This document shows, one piece after another, positions 8,942 to 22,500 of a stretch of 64,000 nucleotides of DNA. Position numbers and translations under genes: made by a program. Origin of the DNA: Amphiscolops sp. MND2022 (lineage: Eukaryota); the NCBI GenBank assembly GCA_964187785.1, contig OZ076412.1, positions 54,746,001 through 54,810,000 on the forward strand. The letters run 5' to 3'. Under the pieces are notes generated by a model. The model did not search any database and was not told the origin of the DNA. It saw nothing but the letters and a program-made list of their open reading frames with translations. Numbering within the stretch: position 1 is the stretch's first letter; each line of letters starts with the position of its first letter.

Positions 8942-9351
8942 TCCAAGTCACGGAACCAGTGGGCTTGTGCTGAATATTTGAGTTTCAAAATGCTCCAGAG
9001 AGGGCGAACTGAGCATGACCAAAACTTTTGCAATCTGGTTCTTCTATCCAAGCAGTCACACACGTCACTAAACGCCCCCATAAGCTCTTGCGAGTCGCGA
9101 ACAATCACAAATAATCTGTACACTTTGCAATACTTGTAGAAACTTTCACATTTGATTTCTGGTTCTTCTTTCAGCAAATATTTCAAATGGTCCAAAGTAA
9201 TGTTGTTGAAGTTGCAATTTTTTAGATATACCAAACAAAAACTTAGCACATACTTTTGATAAGTTTCGAATTTGTCCGAATTGTCTAATGAAAGTCTATG
9301 AAAAGTTTGCTGCACTTTTACAACGTCTATTTTTTGGGGGTCCATTTCCAA
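8935..9351 (-). CDS. Maverick hypothetical protein (first gene inside the right end)
   Basis: 138-aa ATG-started ORF whose end overlaps the ATG of the next gene; no family recognised. Confidence 0.55.
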   Translation of the reverse strand: MEMDPQKIDVVKVQQTFHRLSLDNSDKFETYQKYVLSFCLVYLKNCNFNNITLDHLKYLLKEEPEIKCESFYKYCKVYRLFVIVRDSQELMGAFSDVCDCLDRRTRLQKFWSCSVRPLWSILKLKYSAQAHWFRDLEC

Positions 9352-9779
9352 TTTTGATTCTCAGCATTCCTTCCTGCTGCTGATATTTCCTTTATAATGA
9401 ATTTTTATCAAAACACGTTCGTAACATCAGACGAATAATGCATTCGAACAAAACTGTACATAAATTTCACACCCTCTCGTACCCTATTAAACTTTGGTGT
9501 GAGTTATACGACAAACTAGATTACTTTTTATTGGCCGATCGATCGCTTGGCACAACAATACTACAACCCGACTTAGTTGTTGTACCAGTATTAGTCAATC
9601 CAGCTTTACAATTCAATTACAACAAAATTTCAAGGTTAGTACTTTCCAAATTTCAGACATTCAAAGAATAAACAAGAATGTCTACGCTTTTACATGTACT
9701 TTCGCAAAAATCCGATTCCAAAAACGAATACAAAAAGAATCCGACCAATAATTTACTTTCGCAGTCAAAAGCCGAAGTA

Positions 9780-9905
9780 TTTCCGAACACCAATTTGGAA
9801 GGACCCCTTCCTTTTAGGGATAGGTCCTAAAATTTCAGAGCAAGGACCCACCCCGTGAAAACCGAGGACCCCCCCGTTGAAAGGCCGGCTGAAATCTTAA
9901 CTACT
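9780..9905. repeat. Maverick terminal region (outer part of the presumed TIR)
   Basis: Non-coding, with repeated AGGACCC motifs, ending ACTACT. The partner TIR is outside the window. Predicted 6-bp TSD is TATATG (9906-9911). Confidence 0.6.
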
Positions 9906-10541
9906 TATATGCGTGAGCTCTGAATTTCTCAAGCTGCCGACGACAATCGTTTCTCGTGCGATAATGGAGCGAGTGGTAATTGTGAATTCGTACGCCGAAT
10001 TTATTGAGATGAAGCAAGCAAATGTTCGTAATTATGCTTTCAGTCGCCGAAATGAAAAGTGTTAGTTTGAAACGAACGAGTGTTAATTATTCGTTCGCCG
10101 AAAGTTTCGCCTGCAGTTGTATGCGAACACGGAACTTCGTCTACGCTTAGTAGTTGTTTTCTTTAGTCCGAGAAGAATTAAAGACGGTATACACTGGTAG
10201 AGTGATTACACTGTTGGACGCTGAAAATTTGCGAAGCGACATTCAATCAGATGAAAATTCGGTTTTCTAAATAGACATTCAAAATTCCCATATCGACATT
10301 CAGTTTTAGTAATCTCTCAGCATTTTGAATGTCTATTTTGTTGAAATTGATTGTCTATTTTTTGGAATTAGCCAATTATAATCGAGATTGTTAAAGCAGA
10401 CTGATTTTATAAAACAAAATTGACTGTCGTTTTGCAAACTTTTAACATCCTTCGCTGTAGTTGTGCGCTATATAAATGATTGATATGCTTCTATTATTGA
10501 AAATGAAAGCCTAAAAGCAGAAATAACACTGTGCCCCGCAG

Positions 10542-13500
10542 GGACCTATTTTGAGTTATCAAACTGTTGAAGGACGAACTTGCCAACCCTCATAGTACCA
10601 AATCTTACGAGCGCGCTCTAATGCATGCAATTTTCCGTTCATATTCCTTATGGTTAAAAAATGATTTCTCAGCCGCGTTTTTTTCCCAAATTCAGCGATG
10701 TTCCAATTTTATACTCAAAATAAGGTCGTTAGACGACAAAAAAGCTCGGATCGTAGCTTGTTTCGGAGAATTTTAAACTTTTGAAAAGGTTCTTACATTT
10801 GTCATTTTTAACCGTTTTATACATGTTTTGTAAAATTTTTGAATGTTTTGTAGCATGAATATATACAGATTTCAAAGACAAAATGAATTAGCTTATAAAC
10901 GTACATCTTAGAAATCTGTTTTTTGGAAGAAATAGAAAAATTTAAGGAAAATAACAAATTTCATGCAATTTTTTCTGCAGTTCTCGCTAATGATGTCGCT
11001 AAAATAATTCACGGCGGAAAGTATTTCGGTACTCAGCAGGCGACTTGTTTTAACTCACACCGTGTTCCCGCGCGAAAGGTGTGTTCCCTGGTATTGTTCG
11101 TTTTGACTTTTTGAGACCCTTAGTTCGCTACTTGTACTACATTTGATTTTTTGAACTTTTTCCGACAAGTTGAATGTATTCAAGATGGAGCTAAGCTTTA
11201 TTTTTCTTTTGGCCGCTGTGTTTGAATACATGATGTGTTTAGATGAAAAAATTGAGCGATTCAACTTGAGCTTGGAGTGTTCCGTCTGCTTGGAATCAGC
11301 GAAAACCTTATATCTAATGTGCGAAGAGCATATGACGAAATTGTCAATGATTGATTCCGATGAGAGTTCTTCAAAATTGCCGGTCACAGCTCCTGGAAAC
11401 AGCAAAAGTGCATCTAACCAGAACCGTGGCTCAAAGAAACCAAAAGGAAGCAATAAATCTAATTCTGGGCCGGGTTCGAGGTCTCAGAAATGTGCAGAAA
11501 AGAAGGAAGGAGACAGTACGCCATTAACGATTTCAGACTATTCGTTCAGTGGTGGTGAAGCACTCTTGAAGCGTTTGGGCAACGTCAACAATGAGCTCGG
11601 CAAAATGTTTGAAAACAAACTCATTGATGTCGGGATTGTACGCTTAAATGGTAATTTAACGTTTTCGCGAGTTTTCTTTATTTTTCTTTTTTTTCAAGAC
11701 ATCGCGATATCTGGGTTGGCTAATTATTATCAAATGATCATAATTATAATCAGCTTGATTAAATATATTTTAACCATAATAGATTAAAATCAGCCGAAAT
11801 AGCCAATTTTTGACGTGGATGAGTTATTTGGTCTGCGAATCAATATTTTCTGACTTTCGTTCCGAGCATGTGTTGTCATCACTAGGCTTGGTTCATTCGA
11901 AGACTAAACACAAGCATTTTCATCGCAAAACGTTGGTTTCAGACTTCAAGAAGATGAGCGAGCCTTTAGATTATACTGCATGCTATGTACGGCGCTTTAA
12001 TCTTGAAAGACTTTCTACCTTTCCTTTTAGTTATTATACATTTAATCCATTGTGTGAATATATTCAGTTTGTATTTAGAGAAGGATTCCATGTCGAATGC
12101 TGAAGAGTTTTTGGATAAAAGCAAAAGCTGTTTCAACGAAGCACTGCAATGTTTCGTCAAAAGTAACGACAGAATTAACGCTGGAATGGTACTCAGCAAC
12201 AATGGACGCCTTTTCCGAATCTGGGCTCACTTGTTGGCTCTTCATGATGCAAAACATGATTGGTTGGTTTTTAAAAATTTACTTCAAATCTAGCATAAGT
12301 CACCTTATTTCGGAATACAGAACCTTTGCTCCGCTTTTATATTGTGGTCGAAAATTTTCGACTTTTGTAATGTGTTTTGATACCAGAAATCTATGGTAAA
12401 GTTGCGAGTTCAAATTTACCTGTTTCTTATTATCAGTCTTATTAAATTGTTTTCAGCGATGAAAACACCAGTAGTAACAACAGCGAAGTTGGTGAGGATG
12501 GTTTGAATGGTAGCGGCGATGCCCGGAAAGACAAGCCCGAGAAACACGGTGTATCACCCACCCAAAAGAATTTTTATTACAAGGTATGCAAGTTAGGGCT
12601 ATTGCGATTTTCCCTCTATCAGTATCGAACGTTATCACAGTTTGTATCGAATCGCAGAATACCTGAACACTTTTTTATTCGAAGAAATAATGCAAACGGG
12701 CCCAAGTCGATATCCCTCGTCTCGTCAATCTTTAAAAGTTATTCTGTACAAAAATGTACCCTGTAGAGTCTGGTCTGAGGAAAGAAAACGCCCCATTGTA
12801 ATAAAGTAACAGCCGGGCCAAACGCACCGCTTGGAAAACTCGTCGAATGAGAGTCGGAAAGCGGAAAAAACACGGACTAGAAACAACATCATCAACGTGT
12901 ACAATTCAGTGTATTCGGAAAGTTATAGACTGAACAATAGCAGATTTGCAATATTGAAGTTTTTTGGTTGAAGTTGAACCAAGAAGTTTTGCTAGTTCCC
13001 AATTTCGTTCAGGTACACTTAAAGAAACGTCGTGGGAATATTTAGACTTTGTTTACTGATGCATATTTTCAATTTTCAGTTTTCATCATTTAATCAAATA
13101 TGAATCTGTTTCAAAATCATGTATGAACTATAGTTCTTTGAGCTGGTCTTCGGCTATTCTTTGTAGATTCATTAGGCAATTGGGACCATGTGATCTATTT
13201 CCCCCAGGTACACCTTGTTAGGAATTCCCCCCCCCCCCCCCCAAAAAAAAACGAAAACGGCTTTTTCACAAGTATATTAATTATTGAATGAATAAAACAA
13301 GTTGATATGCTTACAAATACTAACAAACGCGTGAATTTAAACTTCGTGGCAAAAGACCCAAATTTTTTAAATGCTGAATGCAAAGTTCGTAGTTTTGTAG
13401 ATATGGAAGTATGTCCATTTGGAAGCACATTTCAAAGAATAATGATTGATTTTAACTGTCAATCAATGTAAAAGATATGATTATGTCGACATCAATTATT

Positions 13501-16500
13501 TTATTGGACTAAAATTTCAACGCAACGATGTCGACATAATGGTATTTGACTATTTAAAATGTTATGTCGACATAATTAATTCGTTTAAAACTAGTATTTG
13601 AACCTACTGTATTATTTCCCCCCCCCCCCCCCCCCCGTGGCAGTTTGGGGGGGGGGGGGAAATAGATCACATGGTCCGGCAATTGTTTTGTTTTTCAGTC
13701 GATTGATTGCTATCGTCAAGCTGTGTCTTACTTGGAGAGTAGTGACAACCCCAAACTTTTAGACAGTGTTACTTGGGATTTATGCAGTACTTATTTCACC
13801 CTGGCCAAGAACCTTCAAGACTTTTTCGATGCCGCTACCTTGGATTGTATGGAGGAAATGAAGGAAGAAATTATATCGCTCTTCAATAAATCTCTCAAGC
13901 ATTGTGTGCCACCTGAGAGTCACCACTCGAGCCGCGATGAAACTATCAGTGCAGAAGAGGTCGAGTTTCTGAGGGAGAAATACTTGAATAGACTGGGTGA
14001 AATCCACCAGCGCCTCGGATCGCTCTACTACCATAGTTTCAGGTCAAGTTTTTAGTCGGCGCATTTTATAAGCAAATGTGCTCGAAAATTACTGTGACAA
14101 CAGTTTTTGTTTCGTTAGAACACAGAATGTATGCGCAGCAACCACTTTTTGAACAGTTTGTATACGCCGCCCATTGTAGAATACGCGCTTTCCAAGCACG
14201 TGGTCGTCGGTTCGATTCTCTGCCGAAGACTTAAAATATCTTTGTTTACGAACCCTTGACGTGTCAAAGGTCCTCTTTTTGGGTTTTTCCGCACTGTTGT
14301 ACTCCTCTTTCGAAAAGCCCCCTCTTGAAGTTTTTCGAAAACTGGTTTATTTCTCAAACTTCATAGAAACAGAAATTTGACATATCTGAAAGACTGTGCT
14401 TTTTTCGAGCCTTAAGCAGGACGCCTACTTTCTGTTTTGTTAATTCAGCATTGAAATCTTCAGCTTTTGATATGACTTAATACGGGCAGCATTTCATGAA
14501 ACATTGAAGCAGAATGATAACAATGAAACATGTCTTCCTCGTCTTCTAAGCTCAAATAGAAAATTACTCGCTGAACTCTTGCGTTTTTGACTTTTCCACC
14601 TCAAATTCCTTAAATCTTAGTGTTTGAAAACTACGCTCACTGGACACCGGGATATTTTTGCTCTTAAATGTTCCATCATAGTTTGTTTATATAGTCTTTT
14701 AGGCTCTCTACAGTGAGTTTTTTGTTAGCCTATGATGTTTTAAAAGCGACTGATAAGTTAACTTTTCATTGTCACATAAGTTTCATATGTAGGGCGGAAA
14801 ATGAACGTTTGGAGTGCATGGTTTTTGCTTGTTTAGATTTGACTCATTGGCAAACAAGAGTTGTTACGCTATGGCTGAAATGCATTACTCCAGAGCAGCT
14901 GAGTGCTGTATTTTACAGTTGGCTAAAAATCCTAGTGCGACAATGTCTCCAAAACAGAAACAAAATTCGAAGACAGGCGGCGAACAGAGCATTGCTTACG
15001 TGTACAAGCCAGAGCATGACGCAATGCTAGCACAAGTCCAGTTGGAAAGAGTGGCTCTTATTGAGGTGCAACTGACAGGTAACAATAATCTGGCTTACTT
15101 CAGGTGTAAAACGTCTCAAATCTAGTATCAAATTAGCACCGGGTTTTTACTCGAACTGAATATTCACGTTTAAATTTTTCCAGGGATGTCTTTTTCTCAC
15201 ATTTGAATATTGCCAAAAATTATTAGTTTGCCTACAATTGTCGAGCTTTTTATACGAAGCCAACAGTCCAAATAGATTGTATGACTCTTCGTCTTGTCAT
15301 TTACGTCCCGTCGGAAAGTTGGCATATGAGACGGCAACGGCAGTATAGGAGGCATTTTTCTGGACGTTGGATTCTGGCTTAATTTGTTTTCGTTACAACT
15401 GAGATTTATTTTTGACAGGATGTTCGTGTCCAAGTGCGTTTCTTGATGGCTCCGTTGCAGTACTTACGCTTGTCAACGGGGCGACCCACCAGCAGCCATC
15501 AACAGGGGGCCCTGTTGTCGGAGTTCATTGTGGGGCCACCAGTCCCGACTGGTGGCAACTTACGTCACCGCTTGCGTCCAATGGCAAGTTGGCGAGGGAT
15601 TTTGAGGGAGTTCCCCTTCTCCCAGATGAGGATAAAGAAAAAATAAGAGGCTCGTTCATTCTGCTGGTCTTTGAGACAGTGAGAACGAACAGAGGGCGTT
15701 TCTTCTGAAGAGAAGTGTATCGCTCCAAAATGAGTTGTCAGCATCGAGGGAGTCCTTGATTTCCGGAATTTTTTCATTGTTTTTTTAGCGCTTTTCTGAT
15801 AGAACACTGCAAGGAAAGTTATTGTTCTTGCCTATGCATACGTCTTTCGTGTTGGGCACCCTGGTGACGTTCTCTTCAATTTGGTTCTCAGAAGCCGCGT
15901 TCCTGTCCTGTGGTTCCCACTCATTTCTTTCCCAACTTTGCATGGCCTGAGTTCTGGTGCGAACGGTTTGTTTCCAAAATTTTTGATCGCTCGTCAGGCG
16001 TTCCAGATCTGTCCAATCTTCTGCTTCTTTTGTGAGACGTTTCCAATGGTGCGGGATTCCTTTGAAGGTTTCTCTGGCACGGGTTTACTGGCTTTATCTT
16101 TTTGTCCCAGGACCATCACGCGTTTTGTGAGAGTTGCTGAGGTTTGAAGTTGTTGAACAAATGCACAAAAGAGTGGACCTTACGCGTTTAAAAAAAACGG
16201 GTGTCAGTCATTCTTAAGATGTTCCCCATTCTCTGGAGGGATCTTGACTCAATCTTTGCTCGTACCGATAGGATGCCAAGTTGCTTTCGAATCTCAAACA
16301 TGGTAATTTGGAGTTGTTGCGCGTCTTCAATGTCAGTCCTCTGTTGTCGTTCCACACGGTAGCATTTGTCCACTCCACAATGGATTGCAGCTTGTTGCAT
16401 TCTGTGCTTGTCCATGTGGCTGTTGGACAACAGGGTGGCTTCTACGGTTTCTTGAACAATTATTGCTCTTGTTCTCCAGAGCGTTGATTTGTAGAACCAT

Positions 16501-19500
16501 TTTCTGACTTTCGACCACAAGCATAGGGCTCTTTTGCTTCGTGCTTCTGTCTTTTTTCTTTCCGATGTAAGTTCCGATGAATCTTTTTAGTCGGCGCATT
16601 TTAGTAGAAAATGAGCCCGACTATTACAGTGGGTAGTTTTTTTAGACGCGTAAGGTCCACTCTTTTGTTCATTTGTTCAACAACGTCAAACCTCAACAAC
16701 TTCAAACCTCAACAACTCCAACCTCAGAAGCGCGTCCAGAACGAAAAGAAAAAAAACAAAACAGACGTTCAGAACCTCGAAAACACACTAAGGATCCCCC
16801 ATAGCCCCACTTTTTTTCGGCACTATGAGATTTTTTTAATTGCACCAAAGGGTCCCCCTTCATTTGTTTCGATATTTTGCAACACAATGGATGTTAAAAA
16901 ATTGCAAAGGGTCCCCCCTTTTACATTTTTCGGCACTGTGACACTGTTCAAAAATCTCATTAAAAAATTTTCTTGGGAAATTTTTTCATGTCCCCAAAGG
17001 GTCCCCCTTCAATTTTTTTTTATTTTTTGCAACCAGCTGGAGTTTCACAAAGCCCGAAGGGTCCCCCCTTTTCAATTTTGAGCCTTAGATATGGCGCCGA
17101 CTTTGGCCGTTCTCGGCTTGTTTTCTTGTTCTGTGATAGTCAAAGGCGCTGATATCTCTTAGCCATCGTGACACCACTCTTCGTAACAACGCATTGATTC
17201 CCCTTAAGACCTTTTTGCCCGTCCTATCAGGGTAGATTTATCCGCAAACAGAGTGTCTCTGATAATACTAATAATTGAATTCATCTGATATTTGATTATA
17301 AACATGAACGCTCAAACACCAATTTGGAAAAAAGCAAACATCAGAAAAGACCTCCCAGGGCAACGCCCGCTTAACGGAGGCCCAGCAAAATTGAATTATT
17401 AACAGACTTGAGGAGTGTCATTTTAAAAATAATAATAATTTTATTTTCTTTGAAATCCTTATAACCCGAAAGAAATGAATTAGTGTGATTAAATATTTTT
17501 GGGCAAAGTAAATGGTAGTGAGGGAGTATGAGTTGTTCCGCATTGAGTGTTCTGTAGGAGCAGGGATTGATGTGTCTACTGGGAACTCCAAGAAACCAGC
17601 ATAAAGTGAAAAGCACGAGGACAGACCTGCTTCAGACGTGGTTTCATTGCGTGGAGAACCCAGCAGAAACCGTACAGTGCAAGCTGGGTTTGGCACGTCT
17701 TACCCTTGTACGAAGTCTACTATTTGGTATACGTCGGTATTATTATCGAGTTGAAAAGTAGAAGCGAAAATTTCACATACACCATATTTATAAGATCTTA
17801 ATTACCGAGTATAAAATTGTCTAAACTTTCACCATACCCTTACTCATCTTTCGCAAAACAGATCGATCAGGTAACACCGCGTTGACAACCAATTTATTGT
17901 ACAAATCCGGTATTCGCTTGCAAAGGGAGTGATTATTCTTCTTTGTTCGTCCAAATTGTACGTTGGCTTCGTTTCTTTCATTTGACCGAAGTCCATGCGA
18001 ATATTGGTTGAATTGTAGATAACACCTCGACGTTAAATGAACATGTTCATCTCTCAGTCAGTTTGTTACGGACGTTAACAATTCTTAAACATGAAGTTCA
18101 TACACTGTTGGTAACTCATTATTTATCATTAATTGAGAAACACTAACATATTTAGAAAGAGCAGATTGATGTGATGATCCTCTTCTGTATTTTCAGAACC
18201 GGATCTAAATTTGAAAAGGAAGTGCAGCCATGAATTAGAGCACCATATTGCACATATGGGATTGCATGAGTTTTATAGTAGAACAGCAATTGCAGTCCGA
18301 TCAGCAATGCTCTGATTTTCAGAACAATGTAATGACAGAAAAGTAACTTATTTTTGACTTTCGTACAATGGTCGTTGACTGTAAGCTTTTCATCAATTAC
18401 CACGCCCAAATACTTGAGTTGTGGCTCAATTTGGATCTTATGGTTTCCGAAACTTGTTGAAGATGAAACTTTTTTGGCGAAAATCACAGCTTTGAATTTA
18501 TTAACATTGCATTCTAATTTGTTTTCTTTCATTCATGCGTCTACTTTGTCGATGGCTCCAATGAGGGCAGTGAGATCAAACGGCGAAGAATCTCTTCTAT
18601 TAGGCAGATCGTTAAAATACAATATGAAGAATAACGGCCCCAACACGGATCCTTGAGGGACACCACACTCAGTATCACATACAATAGACTTTTGATCGCC
18701 AATTTGTATGAACTGTCGTCTTTCGCTGAGATTAGACTTCCACAAATTATAGATAGGTCCTCTGAAACCATAATCTTCTTATTTACTGAGAAGGATTGAA
18801 TGATTTATTGCGTCAGATGCTTTCTAGATCGAGAAAGACGCAACAGGAGGTGGTCTTCCCATCCAAACCGGATCGTATTTCTTCAATCACGATTGAAATT
18901 ACATCGACAGTTTTGTGTTTTTGGCGGAAACCAAATTGACATGGGCGTAATACATCGGATTTTTTGGTACAATCCATCATCCGGTCATAGAAAAATTGTT
19001 GAAATGTTTTTCAAATGGAGATAACAATGCAATTGGCGAAAATCACAGCTTTGAATTTATTAACATTGCATTCTAATTTGTTTTCTTTCATTCATGCGTC
19101 TACTTTGTCGATGGCTCCAATGAGGGCTGTGAGATCAAACGGCGAAGAATCTCTTCTATTAGGCAGATCGTTAAAATACAATATGAAGAATAACGGCCCC
19201 AACACGGATCCTTGAGGGACACCACACTCAGTATCACATACAATAGACTTTTGATCGCCAATTTGTATGAACTGTCGTTTTTCGCTGAGATTAGACTTCA
19301 ACAAATTATAGATAGGTCCTCTGAAACCATAATCTTATTTACTGAGAAGCATTGAATGATTTATTGCGTCAGATGCTTTCTAGATCGAGAAAGACGCAGC
19401 AGGAGGTGGTCTTCCCATCCAAACCGGATCGTATTTCTTCAATCACGATTGAAATTGCATCGACAGTTTTGTGTTTTTGGCGGAAACCAAATTGACATGG

Positions 19501-22500
19501 GCGTAATACATCGGATTTTTTGGTACAATCCATCATCCGGTCATAGAAAAATTGTTGAAATGTTTTTCAAATGGAGATAACAATGCAATTGGCGAAAATC
19601 ACAGCTTTGAATTTATTAACATTGCATTCTAATTTGTTTTCTTTCATTCATGCGTCTACTTTGTCGATGGCTCCAATGAGGGCAGTGAGATCAAACGGCG
19701 AAGAATCTCTTCTATTAGGCAGATCGTTAAAATACAATATGAAGAATAACGGCCCCAACACGGATCCTTGAGGGACACCACACTCAGTATCACATACAAT
19801 AGACTTTTGATCGCCAATTTGTATGAATTGTCGTCTTTCGCTGAGATTAGACTTCAACAAATTATAGATAGGTCCTCTGAAACCATAATCTTCTTATTTA
19901 CTGAGAAGGATTGAATGATTTATTGCGTCAGATGCTTTCTAGATCGAGAAAGACACAGCAGGAGGTGGTCTTCCCATCCAAACCGGATCGTATTTCTTCA
20001 ATCACGATTGAAATTGCATCGACAGTTTTGTGTTTTTGGCGGAAACCAAATTGACATGGGCGTAATACATCGGATTTTTTGGTACAATCCATCATCCGGT
20101 CATAGAAAAATTGTTGAAATGTTTTTCAAATGGAGATAACAATGCAATTGGTCGATAAGTTTCAAAAATATTGCTGTGACCTTCTTCATATACAGGTATA
20201 ATTTTAGCCACTCTGAGCACTGAGGGAAAATGTTGTCCATGAATGCATCTGTTGCTCAGTTTTGCAATAGACGGAATCAAAACAAGAGCAGCTAGGTTCA
20301 AACGTCTGTTTGGTAGGCCATCAGAGCCTACTGAAGTTTCATTTTTCAACTTCATTAGTAGTTTCTCGACTTCACTTTCCCCAATAGGGGTCAAAAACAT
20401 TGATTGTAGTTGTTTTTGGACAAATGAGACTCTAGGCCTTCGCCAGATTTGGACCAACTTCTGTGAAGTATTGGTTGAAAGTATCAATGGTAATAGTTTC
20501 ACTGAATTGAGGACATGTTGGTTCATTGTTCTTTCCAATTATTGAGTTTAGCTGCCGGTGAAAATGCTTGGCGTCGTTACATTCGCGAAACCGTCTTCGT
20601 ACATGATCCTTCTTCGTTAATCCTGTTAGACTTTTGGTGAAATTCATCTGCCTTATATATAGTCTTTCTTTCCAAGGTCGCTGGAATCTCTACTCTACTG
20701 CTAGGGGACTACAGAGCTTTAAATTGAAACTTTTCGTGACATCACATAACTTTTGCATACTTAGTCTCAATAAGTAGATCGATATTGAAGTCGCCCATGA
20801 TAACGATTTCTTTGTGATTCATTCATGGATGACCGGGTTCCCATTAACCGGTCACAAAATTCAGCTTTTCTCACAGCGATAGGTAGCAATCACAATCAAA
20901 TTGATAGGTGAAATAATTTCGACAACCAGCCACTCTCCTTCAACAGAGCACGAAATTTGATGCCTTCCCAAAAAATATGCCTACACCGCCTCTGAGACCC
21001 TAGCTTCTATTACAGACAACAAGCCTGTGATAACCTTCTAAGTTATAAAGATCCGCCTGCTTCTCTTCCTGAAGCCACGTTTCAGTTAGGGCTATGATCG
21101 TTGTCTTAAGGTCTATGCTGTCGAGGAATGCTTCAAATTGCTCAAAGTGACTTTTTATTGATTGGATGTTAGCATTCAAAACAGTCAGTTTCTTTGATTG
21201 GCATTCCTCTTTCATACCGTTAATTAAATCAATATTGTTTTTATTTAAATCATCTTTAACTGAAGAAACGCTCAATGGTTGCTAGAAATTATTCTGTGTT
21301 AGAAAACCGTCGCGCACTTAGGCTAGGGTATGTCCCATTCGAATTCCTCCTTCGAAGAGATTGTCGAATTTATTGATTGTAGTTACGTCAGTCATCTTAT
21401 AATTTATCACTCCTTCTCTTGTCCATGCTGCTTCCACTCGTCGATCGGTTGGTTCTCAATAAATTCAAAAATCGTTGTCTTGGAACAGTAATATCATCTT
21501 AAATTTTCACTCCACTGTTTGAAAGGGGCTCTGGCAACAGTTTGTTCTTCATCAAGCTCAATTCTTCGAAAAAATCGGACTCTGATGGGCCTGTTCGGAT
21601 GAAGCTCCCTAGATGGCAATGGGAATCGTCTCCGATGGTTCCCGTTCACTACTTTGGTGCTCTCAGTGACCCCGATTACCCTGATATTGTCTCTTCTATT
21701 GTAATTTTCCAGTCTTTCGGATTCCCACCTCATCCATACTTCATTTTTCATTTGTGACTGGTTGATATCTGCACTAATTGCATCGGTGACTTCTTCAAGT
21801 TTTCGAGTGACCTCTCAATAGACTGCATTATTGTTTCCTGCATTTTCAACTTGTTTTTCGATGATGCTCGGAAAAATTTTTGAACCGGCTCTTCAATGGC
21901 ACTTTGTATTTTTTGTGCTATGTCGGGTCATCTGTCTCTGCGAGTGGACTCAATTCGGAGCACAGCTTCTTGTTTTCTGGTCGGTTGATCGGAGTTTGAT
22001 CCAGATAACGGAGGATTCGCAGCTGAATCTTAGGGATTCTGACTTTAGTTGTCACATTATTCATGCTTTCATCATCTGTCACATTCATGCCACGCTGGCT
22101 CATCCCTGGAACTATTTAATAATTTTATCGCAACAGTTAGGCTGATATCAAAAGTCTTTTGTCCGCTGCTCATCCTGCTTCGTCGAATGTCGGGAGGAGG
22201 GAGACTTCCGCGGGAGCCTGGACCGTACTTTAACCCTCGCGCACCTTCTTCCTGTTCTGTTTTTGCTTTATATACACCGAACATCAACAGCTGTCTCATC
22301 GCCTTATTTTCCCGCGGGGTTGCGTACCTAAAAATCGAGTTTGCTCACTAGTACTGTAATATTCGAAGAAAAAATCTCAGTGCCGAGAAAAACTTAAAGG
22401 GGGACCCTTTAGTCTCTCCCGGTAATGTATGTTATGCGGAAAAAGGGGAAAAACTTTTGATTCAGTTTGCTAGGCCAGATGATTCAATTTGGGACCATAA

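Larger units (their letters stand above)
1..9905 (-). mobile_element. Maverick/Polinton (adintovirus-like) element, right portion; left end and pPolB outside window
   Basis: Tightly packed or overlapping minus-strand ORFs for protease, MCP, pVII-like protein, mCP, integrase and ATPase. The element ends ...GAAATCTTAACTACT at 9905, i.e. 5'-AGTAGT on the minus strand, the canonical Polinton terminus. Confidence 0.95.

Noticed and set aside
9438-9671. Plus-strand 77-aa ORF near the Maverick end
   Set aside because: It lies in the presumed promoter/TIR region, has no recognisable motif and runs opposite to adjacent genes.
15184-15350. Alternative terminal exon of EDRF1 right after ttttccag
   Set aside because: The phase-compatible frames stop within about 7-14 codons with no EDRF1 similarity, while 31405-31736 fits both phase and sequence.
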